In this document: positions 56,106-64,000 of the stretch, piece after piece
Layout of the letters: each line of letters begins with the position of its first letter
Position numbering within the stretch: position 1 is the stretch's first letter
Assembly: GCA_965222375.1 (NCBI GenBank)
Contig: CBDCTZ010000014.1
Coordinates: 736,001-800,000 of the forward strand
Length of the DNA stretch: 64,000 nucleotides
Direction: 5' to 3'
Source: Polyangiaceae bacterium
GTDB taxonomy: Bacteria; Myxococcota_A; Polyangia; Polyangiales; Polyangiaceae
Notes under the pieces: generated by a model
Seen by the model: only the letters and a program-made list of their open reading frames with translations
Database searches by the model: none
Told to the model about the DNA's origin: nothing
Translations under genes and position numbers: made by a program

Positions 56106-56723
56106 ATGCCTCGGACGAACGTGCAGAGCGGTGAGAATTTGGCGAGCGCCCTTGCGGCGCTATCGAAGGGGGCGTGGCTCACCGCGGTGGGCGATGTCGA
56201 AGCCGTGGAGCTGAGTCTGGCCTACGCGGATGGCTCTGCGGACAAGAGCTTGTCGGGTCGCTGGACCCTGGCCTCCCTGGCCGGACCCGTGGGCGGCCCA
56301 TTCTGGGTGGTGCTCAGCCGCCTGACCGAGACTGGCGTTAGCGTCGTTGCCGGGCAGTTGAAGCAGGCCACGTCATGCGGGGTGCATGTGTTCGGCCATG
56401 GCGGAGCTGAAACCGAGGCAGCTTCGGAATCCGCCGCGCAGCCCAAGGCGCGGGCAAAGAGCGATTGGGCGGCGCAGGCGAAAGCAGCTGCGCCGCAAGC
56501 AGCGCCAGAACCCGAAGAAGAGGTGTGGCCGGAGGTGGGGGATCTCGTCGACCACTTTGCGTTCGGGCTATGCGACGTGTTGATGGCGTCGGACGACCGC
56601 CTCAAGATCCGGGACAAGAACGGGCCGGGGCGGATTCGCGAGATCCGTGCGGAAGTGTTGCGGGTGGGGTCTCCGGTGGCCAAAGACGGCAAGCGGCTGT
56701 TCAAACTCGAGAGAAAGAATTGA
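56106..56723 (+). CDS. Hypothetical protein, degenerate PPC/DUF296-like N-terminus and SH3-like C-terminus
   Basis: GE.L...L, A.G.V..V.L, LASL.G; C-terminal P.VGD.V.HF.FG. Confidence 0.55.
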   Translation: MPRTNVQSGENLASALAALSKGAWLTAVGDVEAVELSLAYADGSADKSLSGRWTLASLAGPVGGPFWVVLSRLTETGVSVVAGQLKQATSCGVHVFGHGGAETEAASESAAQPKARAKSDWAAQAKAAAPQAAPEPEEEVWPEVGDLVDHFAFGLCDVLMASDDRLKIRDKNGPGRIREIRAEVLRVGSPVAKDGKRLFKLERKN

Positions 56724-57427
56724 CCGAGCCATCGGCGGTTGCTGAGCTGGCGCGACTCGACGCGGTCATTGCGGCGAAACCCCGCGGGCGAGCGTCTCTG
56801 GCACCAGGTCGAGCTCAGGCCACGTCGCTGGTCGAACTACTGGGGCAGCTGACCGATGCAAATCAGCGGCCCGCTTTCGCGAGGGTGCTCGTCGACATCG
56901 TCTCCGCAACCCTCGAGCATTTTCCAGAGAACATTTTTTGGGACTTCGACTACCTGGCGCGCTCGATCCGAGGCCTCGAGCCCGCGCCGCGAATCGAGGT
57001 GGCGCAGTTGATCGTGGGGCTCAATCGGCGGTTCGGCAGAACCTCGGTGATTGCTTTCCGCTACGCCCACGACTTCTTGTACGGCTTCGACTGGGCTCGC
57101 TGGGCGAAGAAAGCACCAGAGACCCGTGCCAGCATTGGTCCATTTGCCGCCGTGTTCCTGCGCTCCATGGACCAGCGGGGGCGGGAGCTGGAGCAGCTCA
57201 TCGCGCACAACGACTCCAAGTATCCGCAGCTGCCGGCTGGAGCGGCCCGCAACCCCTTCGAGTTTTCTCGGGAGCCCGACGACGAGTTCAGGCTTTTCTC
57301 CGTGCTGGCGGAACGAAAGCTCATTCCCGTGCCGGCTTGGGACCGTGAAGCGAACCTCGACTTCGAGCCGGGCTACACGCGACTCAGAACCGAGACGGCG
57401 CGGGAACTCGGCCTCGGGTCGAGTTGA
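56720..57427 (+). CDS. Hypothetical protein
   Basis: TTGA overlap with the previous gene; conserved-looking FPENIFWDFD and FRYAHDF.YGFDWARW. Confidence 0.7.
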   Translation: MTEPSAVAELARLDAVIAAKPRGRASLAPGRAQATSLVELLGQLTDANQRPAFARVLVDIVSATLEHFPENIFWDFDYLARSIRGLEPAPRIEVAQLIVGLNRRFGRTSVIAFRYAHDFLYGFDWARWAKKAPETRASIGPFAAVFLRSMDQRGRELEQLIAHNDSKYPQLPAGAARNPFEFSREPDDEFRLFSVLAERKLIPVPAWDREANLDFEPGYTRLRTETARELGLGSS

Positions 57428-57433
57428 CGCCAG

Positions 57434-58360
57434 CTACCGAGCGCGAGCTTGGCTCAGTTCGGCGAACAGCCGAGGGAGAGCTTGCTTGTCGTTGGCGCCG
57501 GCGCGGCCCTGAGCGGCTTGGATTAGCGCGGGCATGCCTTCGTAGTCGACGACCTTCAGGGCCTTGAGGGTTCGGTTGCGCGCGTTTCCGGTGTGCCTCA
57601 GGTAGGCGGCCAAGAGCGCTCGCCCGGCGACTTCGCGTACGGCTTGGCGCTCCGGCTTGGCGCGCAGCCGGGGCGTTTTCCAAGCCCAAGCGTTGCCTAG
57701 ATTGGACAGTCCGCGCACTGCGGCAAGGGACAGCGCTGGGTTCTTTGCGCGGGACCAGCGGTTGAGCTCATGTGCTGCGACGAGGTTGCGACACTCACCT
57801 AGAGCTGCAATTCGTGCCGACAAGTGGGAAGCCTTGTCGGTGAGGCCCGCGACGAGTTGAGCCGTGACGCTCGGGCTGTCTAGCTTGCATAGCGCCTCGG
57901 TGGCTGCGAATGCCAAGTCTGGGTGATGGGCTGCTCTCTGCGCTGCTGCAAGCACCGGCGTGGCGCGGCGATCGCGCAGTTCGCCAACCGCCTCCAGCAG
58001 GCTGACCTGAAGAGTCGCCTGCCCCGCAGGAGACATCTGCCGCTTGGACGGCGTTCGCAGTGCGAGCAGCTCTAACATGGGTAGTAGCGCCTTGGCCCCA
58101 AGGCTGCGCAGTGCGAGGGTCACGGAAGCGTGTCGCCCGCGGCGGGCTCGCGTGCGCCGCTCCGCCAGATCTCGAGCTCGAGCCACCCGTGCGAAGAGCG
58201 CCGCGTCGGTCTGCCGCGCCTGCCTCACGCTGATATCGAGCTTGGCGCGGTCACGGGCAGTGAGCTGAGCTGGGGCCAGCAAGACTCCGGACTCGGCTCG
58301 AGCGGGACTCGCCGCGCCTGCTAGCCACGCTGCGCACAGCACTGCCAACCAGCGCTTCAT
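57434..58360 (-). CDS. Secreted HEAT-repeat-like protein, Arg/Ala-rich
   Basis: Signal peptide (ARA); LEAVGEL, ATEAL.KL and AALG helical repeats; TGATG overlap with the PAD gene. Confidence 0.7.
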   Translation of the reverse strand: MKRWLAVLCAAWLAGAASPARAESGVLLAPAQLTARDRAKLDISVRQARQTDAALFARVARARDLAERRTRARRGRHASVTLALRSLGAKALLPMLELLALRTPSKRQMSPAGQATLQVSLLEAVGELRDRRATPVLAAAQRAAHHPDLAFAATEALCKLDSPSVTAQLVAGLTDKASHLSARIAALGECRNLVAAHELNRWSRAKNPALSLAAVRGLSNLGNAWAWKTPRLRAKPERQAVREVAGRALLAAYLRHTGNARNRTLKALKVVDYEGMPALIQAAQGRAGANDKQALPRLFAELSQARAR

Positions 58361-60261
58361 CAGGGCACGCCCTCCCACCATGCCGCGGTCACTTCGCGGT
58401 CGTGGTTGGTGCCGCAGTGAACCTCGCCTCCCAAGCGGTGGTACAGATCCCAATCCTCGACCCAGGCGACGCTGACGCCAAAGGGCGCGAGGGCGGTTTC
58501 GAGCTGCTGCTTGAAGATGTCTTTGCCGTTGATGACTGGACCGTGAGGATCGGGTGCAGCAAAGACTTTGTCTCCCACCGCATGGCCGTTGACGGTGCCG
58601 GGCTGATACGCGGCGGAAAGGCCGTTGTTCTTGTAGTGCAGGAAGGGAACCCGCACGATGTCTGCGTCGGTGACGCCCGTGGCCGCCTTGATGACACTGA
58701 GTTGATCTGCGATTTCGACGTCGGCCACCGCGCTCTGAGCCATCACGCCGCTATCGGCCAGGACTTGATCGACGGTTGCGGTGAAGGGCGTGTTGTCCCA
58801 CCAGAGCTTGCCCGAAAATAGAACCGCACTGCCGTGGCCTTGGGATTGGGCCTGCTCGAGCATCGTGCGCGCCAACTTGGGGTCATTGACCAACATGACC
58901 CAACCCCTGGGCGACTTGGCTCGCACGAAACTCACGGTTTCGTCCACGTGGGCGACGCTGAGCCATGACGTGTCGATCTCGACGATGGGCTGCGAGGCCT
59001 GGGCGCTCAAGAGCTCGATCAGGCTCTTGTCGGGGCTGAAGTCTGCAGTGGAGCCGATCAACAGGCGACCAAGGGGGAAGTTCTGGCCCGCAAAGGAATG
59101 AGGCGGAATGGCTTCGACGTTGCCCAGCGAATTGAGGGTGTCCGCGCTGTCGGGGTGAGCAGGATCGTAGTGGGTCACGCCGGCTCGATCCCGACCGTGG
59201 AAGAAGTCATATACGACTCGCCCAGCCGTGCGCAGTTTGCCTGCTTTGAAGTTCGGCGAACGCAAGTACACCCGGATGACATGCTGACCACCACCTGGGC
59301 GCGGCATCGACATGTAGGCGGTTTCGAAGTAGTCCTGGGTCCACTGGTCACCGAGGCCATCGGGCAATTCGGTGTACTTGGTGACCGCTGCTGCGCAGGC
59401 CTTGTTCACATCGGCACGAAAATCCGTAGACGCTTTGGAGGCGAAGGGCGTCGTGTAGATCTCAGTGGCCCGTTGGGCGTGGTGGTGAAGCACGACCGGC
59501 GCCATACGCAGTTTGACGCTGTCGCTCTGTTGCGGATCGGTCTCAAGGCTGACTCGCAGGGTCAGGGTTCCATCCCAAGTTGCGTCGCGGAGGATGTCGC
59601 GGCCCTCGATGCGGAGCTCGACCCCGGCGGTGACGTCGGCGTGGGAGAGCGCGGCGTTGCTGGCGATGGTGCTGAAGCTTGCGGCATTGCCTTTGAATAG
59701 ACGGACGCGGTCCGCTACCTGCGCCGGGATGATTTCGAGCTTGGCGCCGACGCCAACCGGTGCACTGGGCCATGGCAGCAATTGAATCGAGGCCAAGTCC
59801 CGTAGATCTTCCGGCCCGTCGATTTCAGTGTTGGCCGCGTCCTGGCACTTGGCCATGTCCTCGTCACTGACCGCGGCGCCCTTGGGGCAGCTCTGGGCGT
59901 CGTCGTCGATGTTTGCCAAGAACAGCGCGCTCTGGCTGTCTTCCAGGCTGTCATCACTGCTGCCAAAGAGCTCGATGTCGCCGTCGCGATCGGAATCCGC
60001 ACGCAGGTCGAGCTCGGTGGCGACGGGCGCGCCGGCGCTGCCGCCACTGCCTGGGCAGGAAGCGTCGAAGTTCACGCAGCAGTTTCCCAGAGCGATGCAA
60101 GCGCAGTCGTTGCTGCATCCGCCCGCGGTTCCGCCGGCGCCCGCAGTGCCTGCCGCGCCGGCCGCGCCCCCCGAGCCCGGTTCGGATTCCGAGTCCGATG
60201 AGCATCCCAAAGCGATGCTGCTGGCGATCAGCGCTAGCGCGACGATAGCGCCGCGCATCAT
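58360..60261 (-). CDS. Protein-arginine deiminase (animal PAD-type) lipoprotein
   Basis: WTQD, GNVE..PP, DTSWL.VAHVDE and GEVHCGTN motifs; N.DDD Ca-site-like segment; LGC lipobox. Confidence 0.88.
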   Translation of the reverse strand: MMRGAIVALALIASSIALGCSSDSESEPGSGGAAGAAGTAGAGGTAGGCSNDCACIALGNCCVNFDASCPGSGGSAGAPVATELDLRADSDRDGDIELFGSSDDSLEDSQSALFLANIDDDAQSCPKGAAVSDEDMAKCQDAANTEIDGPEDLRDLASIQLLPWPSAPVGVGAKLEIIPAQVADRVRLFKGNAASFSTIASNAALSHADVTAGVELRIEGRDILRDATWDGTLTLRVSLETDPQQSDSVKLRMAPVVLHHHAQRATEIYTTPFASKASTDFRADVNKACAAAVTKYTELPDGLGDQWTQDYFETAYMSMPRPGGGQHVIRVYLRSPNFKAGKLRTAGRVVYDFFHGRDRAGVTHYDPAHPDSADTLNSLGNVEAIPPHSFAGQNFPLGRLLIGSTADFSPDKSLIELLSAQASQPIVEIDTSWLSVAHVDETVSFVRAKSPRGWVMLVNDPKLARTMLEQAQSQGHGSAVLFSGKLWWDNTPFTATVDQVLADSGVMAQSAVADVEIADQLSVIKAATGVTDADIVRVPFLHYKNNGLSAAYQPGTVNGHAVGDKVFAAPDPHGPVINGKDIFKQQLETALAPFGVSVAWVEDWDLYHRLGGEVHCGTNHDREVTAAWWEGVP

Positions 60262-61142
60262 GACAGCCACACCGCCGCCGACCAGCCAATCTGTGCCAGC
60301 AGACCCGCGCTGCCGGCAGCAAGCACGAAGGGGATCGCGTCACGACCGGAGCCCTTGGGGCTCGCAAGGGCGACCACCAACGCGACGACAGCAGGTGCGA
60401 CAGAGGCAAGCCGCACCCACAGCGCCGAGTTCGGCGTGGCCCAGGGGGTGGCCGCCAGGGCCACAGCGATCACTCCAAGCGCTGCGAAGCGCGCCGGGCC
60501 GCCGCCCATGCGCACCGGAACCGTGACTTTCGAGGTACGGGCATCGGACTCTTCGTCAGGTACGGCCGTGACCACGTTGCCGGCCCAGCCCAGGGCGTAG
60601 GTCGGTACCAACGCAAGCCCGGGAAAGCCGCCCAGGGTCGATGCCTGAAAGTAAAACCCCACGATGGGGAGCACGACGCCGACGCCCAGGGCTTGGAGAT
60701 GCTCGCCGCCGCCGCGGTAGGACAATCTGGCTGGGGGGAAGCTGTAGACCCAGAGCAGAAAGAGCGGACAGGTAACGAAGAGCAGCGCCAGCGGCAGCCG
60801 CTCGGTCAGCGTCAGTGCCAGGCCCAAGACGCCCAAAGCCAAGGCGCAGCCCAAGGCGGCTTTCGCGAGTGCCGCCGGGTGAATGCGCTCTTCCACCAAG
60901 ACCCGGGAGCCCCCGGAAAACGGCGTGGGTTCGGCGTTTTCGCGGTCCGACGCCAAGTCGGCCACGTCATTGGCGAAGACGATGAACAGCTGGGCGAGCA
61001 GGCCGAAGGCGTGCACCCAGGCGAAGCGCTTCCAGGAAAAGGTATCGAAGGCGCCGAAGGCGAGCGCTTGTCCGAAGAGCAGCGGGACTGCGATGTTGGC
61101 CTGAGAGAGCGGGCGGGCTGCCTGCACCCAAGCGGAGATCAC
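60258..61142 (-). CDS. UbiA-family prenyltransferase (MenA-like)
   Basis: AARP, NDVAD, TPFSGGSR, YSFPP.RLSYRG.GE and PD..SD....K.T motifs. Confidence 0.87.
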   Translation of the reverse strand: MISAWVQAARPLSQANIAVPLLFGQALAFGAFDTFSWKRFAWVHAFGLLAQLFIVFANDVADLASDRENAEPTPFSGGSRVLVEERIHPAALAKAALGCALALGVLGLALTLTERLPLALLFVTCPLFLLWVYSFPPARLSYRGGGEHLQALGVGVVLPIVGFYFQASTLGGFPGLALVPTYALGWAGNVVTAVPDEESDARTSKVTVPVRMGGGPARFAALGVIAVALAATPWATPNSALWVRLASVAPAVVALVVALASPKGSGRDAIPFVLAAGSAGLLAQIGWSAAVWLS

Positions 61143-61840
61143 AATGGCTGGATTGGCAGGGGAAGCGCTTCGTTCTTCGCGCAGTCGATCTTGGGAGGCT
61201 CGGGGTACACGCCGCCTTCGATCTTTTCGAGTGTCCAGGTCGAGCCCGCGATGGAGAGCGGAATGGGCTTGCTCACGTCGCCGGCGACGGTTCCGCAATA
61301 GAAGCCACCCGTATTGCAGATGGTGCCATCACCTTTGAGGCTGGTAATGTCTGCGGTGATGTCGGAGCCCGACAGTGGGTTCGCGATGCCGACGACATCC
61401 AAGGGGTCCGGGTCGACGTCGAAACTGCCGTTGGCGTCCACGGCGATGCCATTGATTGAAATCGCCGAACCCGCCGGAGTCTTGCGATCTTTCCACTCGA
61501 CCGGTTGGAGGTTCCAGTCCATTTCGAGACCGCCTGCACCATCTTTGGTGGTGACCGTGGTGAACACCATGATGGGCCGGTTCTTGTTGGCTTTGTTTCC
61601 AGCGGTGACTGCCGAGAGCGCGAACATGTAGTCGCCGTCGAGCTCGCCCGCCATGGGCACCACGCAGGCACCTGCGTCCTGGGTGCCCGCGTCGGCACCA
61701 CCAGCGCCGCCGCCCCCGTTGATCTTCCCGTGTCGGTCTTTGAAATCCGAGAAGTTCCCTTCGGGATCCGCACAACCAAAAGCAAGGGCAGCCGCGGCTG
61801 CGAAGCATGTGAAATGAGTCAGCGAGCGCATGTTGGACAT
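61139..61840 (-). CDS. Hypothetical lipoprotein
   Basis: LAFGC lipobox; ANPLSGSDI and YCG.V.G pattern. Confidence 0.7.
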   Translation of the reverse strand: MSNMRSLTHFTCFAAAAALAFGCADPEGNFSDFKDRHGKINGGGGAGGADAGTQDAGACVVPMAGELDGDYMFALSAVTAGNKANKNRPIMVFTTVTTKDGAGGLEMDWNLQPVEWKDRKTPAGSAISINGIAVDANGSFDVDPDPLDVVGIANPLSGSDITADITSLKGDGTICNTGGFYCGTVAGDVSKPIPLSIAGSTWTLEKIEGGVYPEPPKIDCAKNEALPLPIQPL

Positions 61841-62030
61841 CCGTGGCGACAGTATGCCAGGGCGTGATCCCGCCGCAACCGTTGCTGGCCTGCGAATGGC
61901 GCCTTTTGGCAATTCGTCGGGATTGCCGGTTGACGCAGCGCGCCGCATTGGGTTTTCCGCCACTTTTGTGGGTCGAAGGTACGCTTTCCCCCTTCGCTCG
62001 CGCTCACGGCTCAGCTATGACCGATCCGGG

Positions 62031-63437
62031 ATGAAGATCTATCGGTCGACGCTTTCTTGGGCATCGCTGGCCGCGCTCGTGCTTGGCACGACGAGCGCGT
62101 CTGCTTCTGGCATTTCGGTCGCACGCTTCGGTGGGGAGCACGGGCACCCCACGACGACGAACGCCACCGCCCTCTATTACAACCCCGCCGGCATCGCGAT
62201 GAGCGAAGGCTTCCACGTCTACGTGGACGGCAACTTCGCCTGGCGGCAGGCCAGCTACGAACACAAGATCCAGCCGACGACGCCAGGAACGCTGACCGAA
62301 GACGGAAGCCGACCGGGCGCCAACGACGGTAAGGCCAAGCTCTTCAACATTATCGCGTCGCCGATGCTCGGTGTGACCGCCAAGTTCGGTGACTTCGCGG
62401 TTGGCGCGGGCTTCTACACGCCCTTTGGTGGCCAAAGCACTTGGAAGAAGAACGACAAATTCGAAAACGACCCGACCCACCCCGGCCCCGTCGATGGTCA
62501 GCAACGCTTCTACAACATCTCCGGGGAAATCCGCTCCAGCTTCATTACCGCGGGCTTGGGCTACCATCTCGAGGACGTGGGCCTTGCCTTCGGTCTGACC
62601 GGTAACCTAATCCTCTCCAAGACCCACACCCTGCGCGCCAAGGGGCTGTCGGGCAGCAACAACCTCGACGCCGAGGGGCGAGCCATCTTGGAAACGAATG
62701 GCACCGATTTCTCGATGGGCATTGGCGTCATGTACGAGCCCATCAAGGAAAAGCTCTGGTTGGGCCTTTCCTATCAGTCACGTCCGAACTTTACTGGCAT
62801 GAACGCCCAGGAAGGCGAGCAGGAGACGTTCTTGGGCGCGCCGGAAGACCCCGTGAACACCGAGTTTTTCCACGAGCTACCGGACGTGTATCGCGCAGGC
62901 GTGAGCTATCGCCTCGACCCGGAGACGGAGCTCCGATTGTTCGGTGATTATCAGCGCTGGAGTGTGCTGGAAGAGCACGACGTGGTGAACACGGATCTGA
63001 GTTCCAAGGGCGCTGATGCCTGCAAAGGCAATCCGCCAGATGGAGCGTGTCTTCTGGGCCAGAAGCGTGAGTGGACGGATACCTTCGGCGTACGCATCGG
63101 AGCCAGTCGCTGGCTGAACAAAGAAACCGAGCTGTTCGCAGGCGCTGGCTACTCGTCCAACGCCATCCCGGATGAGTATCTGGAGCCCGCTCTGATGGAC
63201 TTCAACTCCATCTCGCTGTCCCTGGGTGGGCGCCTCGAGGTGGTGGAGGACATCCATGTTGCTCTGGGCTACACCCAGCTGTTTTACCTGACCCGGGATA
63301 CGGACGGTAAGAGCAACCACGACAAAGAGCGCGTACCTGGCGGCGGCACGAATTCGATCCAAAACGGTCCCGACAGCGGCGGCGTATACAAGCAGATGGT
63401 CGGTGTCTTGAACGCCAACGTCGACTTCAAATTCTGA
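62031..63437 (+). CDS. OmpP1/FadL/TodX-family outer membrane transporter
   Basis: A.A.YYNPAG hatch motif, beta-strands, terminal Phe. Confidence 0.88.
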   Translation: MKIYRSTLSWASLAALVLGTTSASASGISVARFGGEHGHPTTTNATALYYNPAGIAMSEGFHVYVDGNFAWRQASYEHKIQPTTPGTLTEDGSRPGANDGKAKLFNIIASPMLGVTAKFGDFAVGAGFYTPFGGQSTWKKNDKFENDPTHPGPVDGQQRFYNISGEIRSSFITAGLGYHLEDVGLAFGLTGNLILSKTHTLRAKGLSGSNNLDAEGRAILETNGTDFSMGIGVMYEPIKEKLWLGLSYQSRPNFTGMNAQEGEQETFLGAPEDPVNTEFFHELPDVYRAGVSYRLDPETELRLFGDYQRWSVLEEHDVVNTDLSSKGADACKGNPPDGACLLGQKREWTDTFGVRIGASRWLNKETELFAGAGYSSNAIPDEYLEPALMDFNSISLSLGGRLEVVEDIHVALGYTQLFYLTRDTDGKSNHDKERVPGGGTNSIQNGPDSGGVYKQMVGVLNANVDFKF

Positions 63438-63539
63438 GTTGCAAGCTGTGCTCGGCCCGGCGCGCCTTGACAAGCGGGCCTCAGGTTTGAAAAGTCTCAG
63501 ATACCTGCGCGTTTTCGCGCAACGATAATCCCAGCCGCC

Positions 63540-64000
63540 ATGACTACCGTTCGAGACTTCATCCTTCACCACTTCCGACACTTCAACGCTGGGGTGTTGG
63601 TCGATGCTGCGAAGGGCTGGGAACGGCATTTGGCCGAGGGCGGGAAGATGCTCGTCACGCTCGGCGGCGCCATGAGCACCGCGGAAATTGGTCTCATCTT
63701 GGCGGAGCTGATCCGGCGCGACAAGGTGCACGCTTTGTGTGTCACTGGGGCAAACCTCGAAGAAGACCTATTCAACCTAGTCGCACACAACAGCTACCGA
63801 CGCGTACCGAACTTTCGCGAAGTCACGCCTGCCGACGACCAGAAGCTGATGGCGGATGGTCTGAGCCGCGTGACGGATACTTGCATTCCCGAAGAAGCGG
63901 CGATGCGCAAGATCGAGGGCAAGCTGCTCAAGGTGTGGCAGGCGGCGGAGAAGAAGGGCGAGCGCCGGGCGCCCCACGAGTTCGTGTACCAGTTGCTGCG
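63540..64000 (+). CDS. Deoxyhypusine synthase family protein (partial)
   Basis: FRHFNA, GAMSTAE.G, TGANLEED and RVTDTCIPEE motifs; runs off the window end. Confidence 0.9.
   Translation, partial: MTTVRDFILHHFRHFNAGVLVDAAKGWERHLAEGGKMLVTLGGAMSTAEIGLILAELIRRDKVHALCVTGANLEEDLFNLVAHNSYRRVPNFREVTPADDQKLMADGLSRVTDTCIPEEAAMRKIEGKLLKVWQAAEKKGERRAPHEFVYQLL

Noticed and set aside
56720..57427. Ferrochelatase label sometimes given to similar proteins
   Set aside because: No HemH motifs are visible.

Overview
High-GC chromosomal window with the gene content of a myxobacterium (Polyangiaceae/Sorangiineae-like; inferred from Cys-rich lipoproteins, a Ser/Thr kinase, AgmX/PglI-like proteins and an SCP-x thiolase). 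It holds about 55 CDSs: many lipid-handling genes (thiolase, two fatty-acid hydroxylase/sterol desaturase genes, acyl-CoA ligase, SDRs, FadL, two UbiA prenyltransferases), housekeeping genes (ppa, greB, DAHP synthase, partial deoxyhypusine synthase-like gene) and many secreted or lipoprotein orphans. I saw no rRNA, tRNA or CRISPR array. Main observations: (1) an IS110-family element (about 43565-45204) whose ends can be reconstructed from a shared AGTC core and whose 3' non-coding end carries segments matching its own target and donor junctions, as a bridge/seek RNA would; (2) a dispersed bipartite ~50-bp intergenic motif (GTCGRGAGTAG-N22-24-CGACCCCAAA), about 9 copies, which is the target of that IS; (3) a coupled four-gene operon containing an animal-type peptidylarginine deiminase lipoprotein; (4) a TetR / radical SAM / duplicated-domain membrane protein operon with a perfect 16-bp operator; (5) an internally deleted fused MFS/spermidine-synthase pseudogene. 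All calls come from reading motifs by eye, with no database searches, and many start codons are best guesses.
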